A stretch of DNA of 24,000 nucleotides from an uncultured Dehalococcoidales bacterium. GTDB taxonomy: Bacteria > Chloroflexota > Dehalococcoidia > Dehalococcoidales > JAUVZE01. Under the pieces are notes generated by a model. The model worked only from the letters and a program-made list of their open reading frames with translations. It was not told where the DNA came from and made no database searches. Positions 6,986-16,244 of this stretch are shown here, piece by piece (the first letter of the stretch is position 1; the number at the start of each line of letters is the position of its first letter). The stretch is taken from positions 9,064 through 33,063 of the forward strand of contig CAZNEL010000008.1 of assembly GCA_964572285.1 (NCBI GenBank), written 5' to 3'. The position numbers and the translations under genes are program-made.

Positions 6986-7978
6986 TTAACCCATAATCAA
7001 GGACAGAATCGCCTTTTCAGTATGGAGCCGATTCTCGGCTTCATCGTAGATAACAGACATAGGACCGTCTACTACCTCGGCCGTGGCTTGCATTCCCCTT
7101 CGTAAGGGCATACAGTTCATAAAGATAGCATTCTTAGCAGCAATATCAAAATGCCTCTCATTAATACACCAGCTAGCAAACGGCTCACGTAATTTTGCAT
7201 CTTCATCTTTGTTTGAAACTGACCCCCAGTAGGTAGCTAGAATGACATCGGCATCCTCGCAGGCTTCATCAAGACTACTTGTTATCTCTATTGTCGCCCC
7301 AGACTGCTCAGCCCGCCTTTTAGCCTCGTCCATATATTTCGAGTCCAAATCAAACCCGGGCGGGTAAGCAAAAGTCAGGTGCATCCCTAAGGTAGCTCCG
7401 GCTAAAGCTGTACTGTGAGCCATTCCCGGGCTTACCCAGTGGTTATATTGTACCCAAGGAACCGCTATCTTCTTTTTCTTAAAATCAGAGCCAAGCTTTT
7501 CCATTATGGTCATGATATCTGCCATCGTTTGGCAAGGGTGCTCCTCGTCATCAAGGGCATTAACCAGCGGTATACTAGCATTATCAGCCATTAACTCTAG
7601 GGTCTGACGACACTCACCATACTTCAACGTGGGGAACGGTGCTGGCAACCGAGCGAGGCGAACTACCAACCCGTTCAGGTAGCGGGAGAAAACCTGGGCA
7701 GTATCAACCCAGTTTTCCGATAGATGGCCCTGTATCGTTTCAATACCGAAATATTGAGCATGCCCACCTAATTGAGACATCGCCGTTTCAAAAGATGCTC
7801 GCGTTCTGGTGGATGGGCTACAGAACAGCATACCTAAATTCTTACCCGCTAAAAGGGGGGTGGGTTCCCCGCTGGCCAATTTCATCTTCAAGTCAAATGC
7901 CAGATTTAGAATCGTCTCCAAGTCTTCCCTGGAATAATCCAGCAAGGTTAAGAAATCTCTGCCCTTTAGTTTATTCAT
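6986..7978 (-). CDS. Aspartate/ornithine carbamoyltransferase-superfamily protein, atypical second-substrate motifs
   Basis: SPSTRTR (carbamoyl-phosphate site) and HPCQ are present, and the C-terminal AENRLHTEKA is OTC-like. However, the OTC SMG-loop (DxxxSMG) and HCLP motifs are replaced (TYWGSVS, NCMPLRRG), and there is an insertion (RLPAPFPTLKYGECRQ). AAGGAGG SD. Last gene of the TRAP operon. Confidence 0.85.
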   Translation of the reverse strand: MNKLKGRDFLTLLDYSREDLETILNLAFDLKMKLASGEPTPLLAGKNLGMLFCSPSTRTRASFETAMSQLGGHAQYFGIETIQGHLSENWVDTAQVFSRYLNGLVVRLARLPAPFPTLKYGECRQTLELMADNASIPLVNALDDEEHPCQTMADIMTIMEKLGSDFKKKKIAVPWVQYNHWVSPGMAHSTALAGATLGMHLTFAYPPGFDLDSKYMDEAKRRAEQSGATIEITSSLDEACEDADVILATYWGSVSNKDEDAKLREPFASWCINERHFDIAAKNAIFMNCMPLRRGMQATAEVVDGPMSVIYDEAENRLHTEKAILSLIMG

Positions 7979-8013
7979 CTAGTGTCCTCCTTCTATCGCA
8001 AAGTATTATAAAC

Positions 8014-9357
8014 TTACTTCTTAATCCCAAACACTACGTTAGGAAGCCACAAGGCCAGCTGAGGAAATACCATGACAAGAACAAGGGCAACCAACTGGAT
8101 GCCGACAAAGGGCACGATGGAGCGGTAGATATCCCCCATACTTATATCAATACCAGTTTCTCTTTTTATGAAGGGGGTAATCCCCCTCATAAAGAACAAG
8201 TTGAAGCCAAAGGGTGGCGTGAGGTAAGACGTTTCTATCGTCAGTACATAGAGAATGCCAAACCATAGCGGGTCGAAGCCCAGGGTTCGAACCACCGGGA
8301 AAAAGACGGGAGTAGTGATAGCCAGGATACCAAAGTTATCAAGAAAACACCCCAGGATAACCCAAATAAATACCATGATTATGAGAGGCCCCCAGCGACC
8401 TCCCGGTAACCCCAATAGCACCTTTCCTATAAGTTCATCAGCTCCTACAGCAATATAGGCAACGGAAAGACAACAAGCCCCGAAGATAATCCACATCACC
8501 ATGGCACTAAGACGAATAGTCTGGTCGCAGGCTTCCTTGAACATTCGCCAGTTAAACCTGCCGTAAACAGCGGCACAGATAATGCTGCCAAAAGCACCGA
8601 TACCCGCAGCTTCGGAAGGTGTAGCCATACCGGCAAGAATCGATCCCAGAACAGCGACTATCAATAAAACAGGCAGGATTACTGCTCTTAAGGAGATGAG
8701 TTTGTCTCTCCAGCTAGACCTCATTTCTGATGGTAACGCCGGAGCCAGATTTGGCTGCAAGAAACTTCTTATCAGTATATAGATAATGAACAGGGAGGAA
8801 AGGATAAGCCCGGGTATCATCCCACCGGCAAAGAGTTTACCCACCGACAGCTGTCCAAACAGGGCAAGGACTATCATTATGATGCTGGGAGGGATGAGGA
8901 CCCCCAGAGCCCCACCCGCCTGGACGGAGCCCATGCCCAATTCCTTCTCGTAGCCACGCTTAAGCATTGAGGGGACAGCAATGAGCCCCATACTGACGGT
9001 GGCAGCGGCGCTGATGCCGCTCATAGCAGCGAATATAGTGCAGATTATTACGGTTCCTACAGCTAAGCCGCCTCTTAATGGGCCAAACCAGCGATACATC
9101 ATCTCATAGGCATCGTCAGCCACTCCTGACCTTTCCAACACATTGGCCATAAAGATAAATAGAGGAATAGCAACCAGGATAAAGTTGGTCATCTTGCCGA
9201 AGATATCCAGCGCCACGGCAGGTAACGCCGATATGTCCCACAGGAACACGATAAATATTACCCCAATCCCCCCTAAGGTGAAAGCCACGGGTAATCCCAG
9301 GGCGAGAAGCAGTACCATGGAGCCAAAAAACAATATGGTAATAAGCTCTATACTCAT
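8014..9357 (-). CDS. dctM: TRAP transporter large permease subunit
   Basis: 447-aa polytopic membrane protein with typical DctM sequence and length. ATGA overlap with dctQ. Confidence 0.95.
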   Translation of the reverse strand: MSIELITILFFGSMVLLLALGLPVAFTLGGIGVIFIVFLWDISALPAVALDIFGKMTNFILVAIPLFIFMANVLERSGVADDAYEMMYRWFGPLRGGLAVGTVIICTIFAAMSGISAAATVSMGLIAVPSMLKRGYEKELGMGSVQAGGALGVLIPPSIIMIVLALFGQLSVGKLFAGGMIPGLILSSLFIIYILIRSFLQPNLAPALPSEMRSSWRDKLISLRAVILPVLLIVAVLGSILAGMATPSEAAGIGAFGSIICAAVYGRFNWRMFKEACDQTIRLSAMVMWIIFGACCLSVAYIAVGADELIGKVLLGLPGGRWGPLIIMVFIWVILGCFLDNFGILAITTPVFFPVVRTLGFDPLWFGILYVLTIETSYLTPPFGFNLFFMRGITPFIKRETGIDISMGDIYRSIVPFVGIQLVALVLVMVFPQLALWLPNVVFGIKK

Positions 9358-9872
9358 CCTGACTTACTCCTACCAATGCCGATAGCCGTCGTGAAGTCAC
9401 GGATGAACTGAGCTATTCCCTGCAGCAAAAGCAGTGATGCCCCTATGGGTATCATCATCTTGACCGGGTAGACAGGGGGATTCCAGAGCGAACCTGTGGT
9501 TTGCCGGATCTCGACGGAATGCCAGGCATACTGGCTCCCTTTCCACACTAGCGCCACAGCAAAACAAAAGAAAACTAGGGAGGTAAATACATCCAACGCA
9601 GCTTTTACCCTGGGCGAGAAGCGGGTGTAAAGTATGTCCACAGCAACATGCGAGTGGTATAGAATGGCATATCCGCCGGCCAAGATGACATAGGTACCGA
9701 AAACAAAGCCAATTGCCTCAAAGCTCCATGCGGTGGGTGCATCTAAGCCGTACCTCATTACTACTGTAAAAACTACCATCAGCGTTAAAGCGGCGATGAG
9801 GAACATAACCCCCTTACCCACCTTGTCATTGAGCTTATCAATAAGGCCTAAAGCAAACTCCAGCTTCTTCAT
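9354..9872 (-). CDS. dctQ: TRAP transporter small permease subunit
   Basis: About 172 aa with 4 predicted TM helices, positioned between dctP and dctM. Track start is TTG 9875. I prefer the adjacent ATG 9872, 6 nt after AGGCAGGA. Confidence 0.9.
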   Translation of the reverse strand: MKKLEFALGLIDKLNDKVGKGVMFLIAALTLMVVFTVVMRYGLDAPTAWSFEAIGFVFGTYVILAGGYAILYHSHVAVDILYTRFSPRVKAALDVFTSLVFFCFAVALVWKGSQYAWHSVEIRQTTGSLWNPPVYPVKMMIPIGASLLLLQGIAQFIRDFTTAIGIGRSKSG

Positions 9873-9888
9873 CAAGAATCCTGCCTAC

Positions 9889-9921
9889 TCTACGGGGTGG
9901 ACACTTTGCCCACCCCGTAGA
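9889..9921 (-). promoter_or_regulatory. Intercistronic GC-rich stem-loop between dctP and dctQ
   Basis: Perfect 12-bp stem (9889-9900 pairs with 9910-9921) with a 9-nt loop. No U-run follows on the minus-strand RNA, so it is more likely an mRNA-stability/processing element than a terminator. Confidence 0.5.
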
Positions 9922-9938
9922 TTGGTCATGTCTTACTA

Positions 9939-11050
9939 CTAAATGCGCCCCAAGCCTGTGAGGTAATCCTTGTAAACTTGAGCACCTCTAGCAAAATAAT
10001 CGTCGGTGCTAGCTTTCTGGTCAAGATAATATAAGGATCTCTCCCTGAACTTAGCGATTGTCTCATCAGTCCATATTGACTTGGTGACCCCGTAGTTCTG
10101 CGACATGTCTTCCCAAGCTGCCATGTCGTCCTGATAGAAGGCGGCATAATAGTGAACAAAAGCCTCCTCACCAGCCATATCAAGGATAGTCTTGAGGTCA
10201 TCAGGCAAAGAGTTATAAAGTTCTAGGTTGATAAGAAAGCCGGTGCCAAGTATGGGCAAATCTGGCGGCAATACATAGTATTGACATACTTCATGAAGCC
10301 CAAAGTCATAGAAGTCAGCTAGAGGACTCCAGCAGCAAGCGTCAATTACGCCAGTAGCCAGCGCAATGTAAATCTCCTCAGCAGGGACTTGAACCACAGA
10401 ACCTCCTAGCTCTTCGTAGATATTCCCGAGTGTGCCGAAGGTCCTTATCTTGAGCCCTTTTACATCACTTTCCTTTGTTAATTCCTTGGTTGACATCATG
10501 TCCCGTAGTAGGGACCGGTATGGTAGGCGATGTAGTGTAGATTATGTTCGGCGTAAGCCTCCCTCATAACATCGTTAAGGCCAAAGTTCCTTTGCAGGGT
10601 GAGAAATTCAGGAATACTCTCTAAAAGCCACGGCCAGCCGAATAACAGCTCAGCTGAGGGTATCGAACCCATGTCATAGGTGCTAGAACTGTAACCCATC
10701 TCAATTATCCCTTCTCCGACAGCTCCGTGGACTTCAAAGCTGGGTACTAACTCACCGGCGGCGAAGTGCTTGATCTGGATACGCCCGCCAGATGCCTGTT
10801 CGACCGCCTTAATATAGGGCTCAGTACGCTCGACATAGCTGGTACTCCCGGCAGGAGCATAATCCTGGAGTTTCCATTGATAGACCTCCGCTGTCGGGGA
10901 CGGTGCTGGTGTAGGACTTGGGCTTGGCGATGGAGATGGCGTTGGAGACGGCGTCGGTGCCGGCGTCGGTGCCGGTGCAGCACAAGCTGCCAAAAGAAGC
11001 GAAGTTCCTAATACTAAAGCAAGTAAAACAGTTAAAATCCTCGCTTTCAA
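9939..11050 (-). pseudogene. dctP: TRAP substrate-binding lipoprotein split by a frameshift into 10496..11050 and 9939..10499
   Basis: The N-terminal fragment starts at TTG 11050 (AAGGAGG 8 nt upstream): MKARILTVLLALVLGTSLLLAAC lipobox, then a Pro/Thr/Ser-rich linker, ending ...HTGPYYGT*. The C-terminal fragment starts MMSTKELTKESDVKGLKIR... in the -1 frame with an ATGA overlap. One extra base in the C3 run at 10502-10504 would restore ...GPYYGDMMSTKEL... Confidence 0.7.
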
Positions 11051-11238
11051 TTTGATAACCTCCTTATAAAATTTAGTCAACCGGGTATTTAATATAATCA
11101 CCTCATTGCTCACCTCCTATCTTAATACTCATTGGCCTTCTGTCCTAGTCATTCAGACAAGCCTCCTAGCATCACAGCAATACAAAAATAGAACTATACA
11201 GCTTGTCAATACATAGTCAGACATAGTTTTGAAATTAA

Positions 11239-11267
11239 GTGAAATTATCAAATTTTCAGTGTATAAT
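11239..11267 (+). promoter_or_regulatory. Putative promoter of the NYN-domain gene
   Basis: GTGAAA (11239-11244), 17-nt spacer, consensus TATAAT (11262-11267). It lies about 60 nt upstream of ATG 11329. Confidence 0.4.
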
Positions 11268-11328
11268 AGGTTACAGAGAGATAGAGAGATTATCAAAAGT
11301 CACTGATAGGTCTAAAAAGGAGAAGGTT

Positions 11329-11961
11329 ATGGAAGATAGAGTTGCTATCTTCATAGATGGCAGTAATCTATATCATGCTTTAAAAAGTAACTTTAGGCGT
11401 AACGACCTCAACTTTACCGAGTTTGCTAACAGACTCTGTGGCTCGAGACGTTTGTTCCGAACCTACTATTACAACGTGTTACAGGACTCAGCTCAACGTC
11501 CCGATGGCTCCAGGGAACAACAGGAATTCCTTGGTATCCTCCGTAAGACACCATACCTAGAAGTTCGCCTAGGGACTACCAAGATAGCACAGGGAATACC
11601 TGTTGAAAAGGGCATAGATATTATGTTGGCCTCGGACCTGCTGTATTTCGCCTGGAACAACTTCTACGATGTAGCCGTCTTGGTAAGTGGAGATGCTGAT
11701 TTTGCTTATGCGCTACAAGCCGTAAAGAACATGGGGAAACATGTTGAGGTTGCCTACTTTGAGAGCGGAATATCTAAGGACCTGTTAGATGCAGCCGATA
11801 ACCGACATCAGTTAGACCAGGGGTTCTTCCGTGGTTTGTGGGTAGGTAAACGTCATGGCAAACGCAAACCAGTTGGCAAAGAAGGAACCAAGACTGACCG
11901 AGGTGGCGGGTTAATCTCTTCACCTGAACCAAATACCCACAACAATACTCCACACCAGTAG
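11329..11961 (+). CDS. NYN-domain (LabA/DUF88-like) putative RNase
   Basis: Track ORF starts at 11239. I prefer ATG 11329 after AAAAGGAGAAGG. VAIFIDGSNLYHAL... and VLVSGDADFAYAL are the NYN/LabA acidic-residue motifs. The C-terminal tail is basic and low-complexity. Confidence 0.85.
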   Translation: MEDRVAIFIDGSNLYHALKSNFRRNDLNFTEFANRLCGSRRLFRTYYYNVLQDSAQRPDGSREQQEFLGILRKTPYLEVRLGTTKIAQGIPVEKGIDIMLASDLLYFAWNNFYDVAVLVSGDADFAYALQAVKNMGKHVEVAYFESGISKDLLDAADNRHQLDQGFFRGLWVGKRHGKRKPVGKEGTKTDRGGGLISSPEPNTHNNTPHQ

Positions 11962-12032
11962 CCAGATTTTAGAAACGACTACACCCCAAAAACCTCTCCG
12001 GGGATTAGTTTGTTAAATTACTTCGATTTGGC

Positions 12033-12061
12033 TTGTTTTGGTGAGATACTTGTGTTATTAT
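12033..12061 (+). promoter_or_regulatory. Putative recA promoter with extended -10
   Basis: TTGTTT (12033-12038), 17-nt spacer, TGtTATTAT (12053-12061). The leader to ATG 12076 would be very short. Confidence 0.35.
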
Positions 12062-12075
12062 GCAACTAGGCGAAT

Positions 12076-13089
12076 ATGACCACAGATAAGGAAAAGGCAC
12101 TAGAGTTAGCTATAAGCCAAATCGAAAAGCATTTTGGCAAAGGTTCCATCATGAAGCTGGGTGAAGCAGCTGTTGCTTCACCAGTAGATAGTATATCCAC
12201 CGGGTCACTGGCCTTAGACTTGGCCTTAGGCATTAATGGTATCCCCAAGGGACGGATTGCTGAAATATTTGGTCCTGAATCATCGGGGAAAACCACCTTG
12301 GGTCAGCATATAATTGCTGAGGCGCAGAAACGAGGCGGCTTGGCTGCCTATATTGACGTGGAGCATGCGTTAGATCCCGCCTATGCTGCTAACTGTGGTG
12401 TCAAAATTGATGACTTGCTTATCTCACAACCGGATACGGGGGAGCAGGCACTGGAGATTACCGAGGCACTGGTCAGAAGCGGTGCTATTGATGTAATCGT
12501 AATTGATAGTGTCGCTGCCTTGGTGCCCCGGGCTGAAATCGAGGGGGAGATGGGCGATACTCATGTTGGCTTGCAAGCCCGCTTAATGTCACAAGCATTA
12601 AGAAAACTGGCAGCCGCTATTGGCAAATCAGGGACAGCGGTAATATTCATAAATCAGTTGCGAGAAAAGGTAGGTATCGTTTTTGGTAATCCTGAGGTAA
12701 CACCAGGTGGCAGGGCCCTTAAATTTTATAGCTCGGTACGGATAGACTTGAGACGAATTGAAACTCTTAAGCAAGGAAATGAAGCAGTAGGTAACCGCGT
12801 CAGAGCTAAGGTGGTCAAAAATAAAGTTGCCCCTCCATTTAAAAGTGCCGAGTTCGATATAATGTTCGGCCATGGGATAAGCAGAGAGGGTGACCTTATC
12901 GACCTTAGTGTAGAACGGGAAATAGTAAAAAAGACTGGAGCCTTTTTCTCATTTGGTGACATTCGCCTGGGGCAGGGAAGGGAAAATGCCAAGAAATATC
13001 TAAGTGAACATCCCGAGCTTGGCCAAGAAATTGAGCAGCAACTTAAAGCCTCAGCCGTCACCAACTATTATCCTGTCAACAATGATTGA
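12076..13089 (+). CDS. recA: Recombinase RecA
   Basis: The Walker [24 protein letters not shown] and the rest of the sequence are unmistakably RecA. 337 aa. Confidence 0.98.
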   Translation: MTTDKEKALELAISQIEKHFGKGSIMKLGEAAVASPVDSISTGSLALDLALGINGIPKGRIAEIFGPESSGKTTLGQHIIAEAQKRGGLAAYIDVEHALDPAYAANCGVKIDDLLISQPDTGEQALEITEALVRSGAIDVIVIDSVAALVPRAEIEGEMGDTHVGLQARLMSQALRKLAAAIGKSGTAVIFINQLREKVGIVFGNPEVTPGGRALKFYSSVRIDLRRIETLKQGNEAVGNRVRAKVVKNKVAPPFKSAEFDIMFGHGISREGDLIDLSVEREIVKKTGAFFSFGDIRLGQGRENAKKYLSEHPELGQEIEQQLKASAVTNYYPVNND

Positions 13090-13137
13090 TTAGCACCTTT
13101 AATACGTTAGGTTAATAGCTGATGATAATAAGTAAGG

Positions 13138-13167
13138 CTGGGGCGTAGGCTCCAGTTTTTGTATTTT
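13138..13167 (+). terminator. Possible partial intrinsic terminator between recA and recX
   Basis: 7-bp stem (13138-13144 pairs with 13149-13155, one G.U) with a GTAG loop, followed by TTTTTGTATTTT. recX starts 30 nt later with its own SD. Confidence 0.45.
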
Positions 13168-13195
13168 AAAGGGTACAATAAAAAAGGTAGCGGCA

Positions 13196-13822
13196 ATGAG
13201 TAAGATTACTGCACTGCATATTGGGAAGAGGCAGCAGAAACGAGTAAATATGTTCCTGGATGGCAGGTTTGCTTGTGGCCTGGAAGCTGAAGTAGTCATA
13301 AAAGAGAGTTTACAGGTTGGGCAAGAGCTATCAGCTAGTCAGATTGAAGCGCTAACCAAGTTGAATCACTTTCACCGCTGCCTTAATGCTGCTACTCACT
13401 ACCTTGGCTACCGACCCCGGAGTGAGTTTGAGGTAAAGGAGCGACTTCTGCGGCGAGGCTTTGATGATAATACCATAGAGGCGGTGATAGTCAATCTGAA
13501 AGAGCAGGGGCTAGTAGATGACATGGCATTTGCTCAATTCTGGAAGGAAAACCGGGACTCGTTTAGCCCTCGCAGCCAGTGGCTAACTAAGTTAGAGCTA
13601 AGACAAAAGAGGATAGCTGACGACATCACAGGCCAAGTAATCAAGACTATTGATGATGACGATAGCGCTTATCGAGCAGCCCTGAGTAAAGCCCGCAATC
13701 TACCCCGGGCTGATTACCCGGGTTTTCAGCGCCGATTGGGTGCATACCTTAAGCGACGCGGTTTTAGTTACGAAATTATTAACAATACTATTAAACGACT
13801 TTGGTCGGAAAGGAGAGATTAG
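13196..13822 (+). CDS. recX: Recombination regulator RecX
   Basis: Immediately downstream of recA. YLGYRPRSEFEVKERLLRRGFDDNTIEAVIVNLKEQGLVDDMAFAQFW shows the RecX three-helix repeat pattern. Confidence 0.9.
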   Translation: MSKITALHIGKRQQKRVNMFLDGRFACGLEAEVVIKESLQVGQELSASQIEALTKLNHFHRCLNAATHYLGYRPRSEFEVKERLLRRGFDDNTIEAVIVNLKEQGLVDDMAFAQFWKENRDSFSPRSQWLTKLELRQKRIADDITGQVIKTIDDDDSAYRAALSKARNLPRADYPGFQRRLGAYLKRRGFSYEIINNTIKRLWSERRD

Positions 13823-13871
13823 AACCAAATAGTCCCTACAGAGGTGGAGGCTAAAAGAAAGGGAGAGATAA

Positions 13872-15410
13872 ATGGAAGTAATAGGATATTTAGCAATTTT
13901 CTTTAGCTTCATTATAGGCATCACGTTCGGAGGGATGGCTGTCTTCCTGGGACGGAGGACAATAATTAACCGTCAGCTCCGTATTGCCCAAAGAAAAGCC
14001 AGCAGAATGGTGACTGATGCCAGCCTTGAGGCTAAAGATATACTCCATGAGGCTAAACAGGAAGCGGTAAAGGTTAAAGCAGCAACGGACACCGAACATC
14101 GAGAGTCGCGAGCCGATTTGCAACGACAAGAAAACCGCCTAGCTCAGAAAAACGATACCTTAGAGCACAAGCTAGAGGCCGTAGAACACCGAGAACGCAA
14201 TCTACTCAACAAAGAAAAGGAGATAGATTCTACACAAGCTCACCTTGGTGAAATTAAAGATAAGCAGTTAAAGCAGCTGGAGCTAATTTCAGGCATGACG
14301 AGTACCGAGGCGAAAGATTCGCTATTGGCAGCTATGGAGGTTGAGATAAAGGAGGAGGCTTCTCGGCGTCTTCGGCAATGGGATGCTAAGTTAAAAGAGG
14401 AAGCCGATATGAAAGCCCAAGAGATCCTGTCACAGGCTATCCAGCGTTCTGCCTCTGAAATTGTATCGGAAACGACGGTTTCCGCTGTTCCCCTCCCCAG
14501 TGATGAGATGAAGGGTCGGCTTATCGGACGAGAAGGCCGCAACATCAGAGCTTTGGAGCAAGCTACCGGTGTTGACCTAATTATTGATGACACCCCCGAA
14601 GCAGTGACTCTATCCAGCTTCGACCCGGTGCGACGGGAGATAGCCCGCGTAGCGTTAAACAAACTTATCCTGGATGGTCGTATCCATCCGGCTCGTATTG
14701 AAGAAGTAGTAGCCAAAGCTAAAGAGGAAGTAGAGGCTACTATGCAGACTGCCGGAGAGCAGGCAGCGTATCAGGTGGGAGTACCCGGACTACGCCCCGA
14801 GTTAATAAAAATACTCGGTCGACTTAAATATAGGACCAGCTATGGTCAGAACGTCTTAGCGCATAGCATTGAGACAGCTCACCTATCTGGTATGATAGCT
14901 ACCGAACTAGGCGCCAACCCTGCCATAGCCAAGAAAGCCGGACTCCTTCATGACATTGGTAAAGCAGTAGACCGCGAAGTGGAAGGGACTCACGCTGCTA
15001 TTGGTGCCGACCTGGTTAAGCAATGGGACAAATCTTCTGAGGTGGCTCAAGCCGTTGCTGAACACCACGGTGAGTCCGGCACTACTAGTATCTTGGGTTT
15101 TATCGTCGCTGCTGCTGATGCCATCAGTAGTGCCAGACCTGGAGCCAGACGTGAGTCTTTAGAGAACTACCTAAAGCGTCTAGAGGCACTGGAGTCTATC
15201 GCCAATGGCTTCAAGGGAGTGGAGAAATCCTTTGCTATCCAGGCCGGTCGTGAAATCCGCATTTTGGTCAAGCCAGAAGAGATTGATGATTTAGGGTCAA
15301 TGAGACTTGCCCGAGATATTGTTAAGAAGATAGAGGAGGGTATGGACTACCCCGGTCAGATAAAAGTAACCGTACTCAGAGAAACAAGAGCCGTAGATTA
15401 TGCTAGGTAG
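13872..15410 (+). CDS. rny: Ribonuclease Y
   Basis: N-terminal TM helix, coiled coil, KH domain ([15 protein letters not shown]) and HD domain (HSIETAHL...LLHDIGKA). 512 aa. Confidence 0.97.
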   Translation: MEVIGYLAIFFSFIIGITFGGMAVFLGRRTIINRQLRIAQRKASRMVTDASLEAKDILHEAKQEAVKVKAATDTEHRESRADLQRQENRLAQKNDTLEHKLEAVEHRERNLLNKEKEIDSTQAHLGEIKDKQLKQLELISGMTSTEAKDSLLAAMEVEIKEEASRRLRQWDAKLKEEADMKAQEILSQAIQRSASEIVSETTVSAVPLPSDEMKGRLIGREGRNIRALEQATGVDLIIDDTPEAVTLSSFDPVRREIARVALNKLILDGRIHPARIEEVVAKAKEEVEATMQTAGEQAAYQVGVPGLRPELIKILGRLKYRTSYGQNVLAHSIETAHLSGMIATELGANPAIAKKAGLLHDIGKAVDREVEGTHAAIGADLVKQWDKSSEVAQAVAEHHGESGTTSILGFIVAAADAISSARPGARRESLENYLKRLEALESIANGFKGVEKSFAIQAGREIRILVKPEEIDDLGSMRLARDIVKKIEEGMDYPGQIKVTVLRETRAVDYAR

Positions 15411-15421
15411 GAGGTATGAAA

Positions 15422-15464
15422 AAGAAGGAAAGACAGATCTTGGTGAAGTAGTTCTTTCCTTCTT
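15422..15464 (+). other. Intercistronic stem-loop between rny and the ymdB-like gene
   Basis: Perfect 12-bp purine/pyrimidine stem (aagaaggaaaga 15422-15433 pairs with tctttccttctt 15453-15464) with a 19-nt loop. No T-run follows. It ends 9 nt before the GTG start at 15474. Confidence 0.4.
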
Positions 15465-15473
15465 AAAGAACCA

Positions 15474-16241
15474 GTGCAAATATTAATGATTGGTGATATA
15501 ATTGGCAGACCTGGCCGGCAGGCGATAAGAGAGCTTCTACCAAACCTCCGGCAGCAATATGGGCTAGATTTGGTTATTGCTAACGCGGAGAATGTCGCCG
15601 GAGGTTTCGGTTTGACTCTAGCCACGGCTATGGAACTACTGAATGCTGGTGTTGATGTGCTGACCTCAGGTAATCATATCTGGGCTCAGCAGGAAATCAT
15701 CTCCCACCTTGACGGAGATATGCCAATCCTGCGTCCACTAAATTATCCCTCCGGAGTGCCCGGTAGGGGATATCTAGTCAACAGGCAGACTATGGTGGTC
15801 AATTTGATCGGCCGAACCTTTATGGGTGATGTTGATTGCCCATTTAGGGCTATTGACCAACTACTAAACGAGGGTAAGCACAAGCCACGGGTTATAATTG
15901 TTGATTTCCACGCTGAGGCAACATCCGAGAAGATAGCCATGGGGCACTACCTTGATGGACGTGTCAGTGCAGTGTTGGGCACCCATACTCATGTAGGAAC
16001 TACCGACACACGGCTATTCCCTCAAGGGACGGCCTATGTTACCGATGTAGGTATGACTGGCCCTATTGATTCGGTAATCGGTATGGAAACTGACGTGATA
16101 ATTCAGCGCTTCCTCACTGGAATACCTCATCGGATGTCCGTAGCCAAAGGTAGAACAATGTTTAACGCAGTATCAGTAAGAATCGATGAGCGCAGTGGGC
16201 GGGCAACAAGCATCGACCGAATTTATAAGGAGGTAAGATAG
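15474..16241 (+). CDS. ymdB: YmdB-like metallophosphoesterase (TIGR00282-type 2',3'-cyclic-nucleotide phosphodiesterase)
   Basis: GTG start. (M)QILMIGDIIGRPGR..., NAENVAGGFG, DFHAEATSEK and GTHTHV are calcineurin-like phosphoesterase motifs. Conserved position downstream of rny. Confidence 0.9.
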   Translation: MQILMIGDIIGRPGRQAIRELLPNLRQQYGLDLVIANAENVAGGFGLTLATAMELLNAGVDVLTSGNHIWAQQEIISHLDGDMPILRPLNYPSGVPGRGYLVNRQTMVVNLIGRTFMGDVDCPFRAIDQLLNEGKHKPRVIIVDFHAEATSEKIAMGHYLDGRVSAVLGTHTHVGTTDTRLFPQGTAYVTDVGMTGPIDSVIGMETDVIIQRFLTGIPHRMSVAKGRTMFNAVSVRIDERSGRATSIDRIYKEVR

Positions 16242-16244
16242 TAA

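Noticed and set aside
10905-10985. Short tandem DNA repeats (e.g. ggcgtcggtgcc x2) in the dctP 5' region
   Set aside because: They are explained by the Pro/Thr/Ser-rich lipoprotein linker (APAPTPAPTPSPTPSPSPSPSPTPAPSPT). This is not a CRISPR or regulatory repeat.
12066-13064. Antisense ORFs inside recA (12066..12296, 12628..12873, 12726..13064). Similar ones occur in rny (13890..14129, 14240..14716), dctM, the Fe-S oxidoreductase and the ligase.
   Set aside because: They lie fully inside confidently identified genes on the opposite strand, have no SDs, and give low-complexity translations.
15416-15451. Micro-ORF MKKKERQILVK between rny and ymdB, next to AGGAGG
   Set aside because: The SD-to-ATG spacing is only about 1 nt. 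The ORF is made of the purine arm and loop of the hairpin, so the hairpin explains the sequence better.
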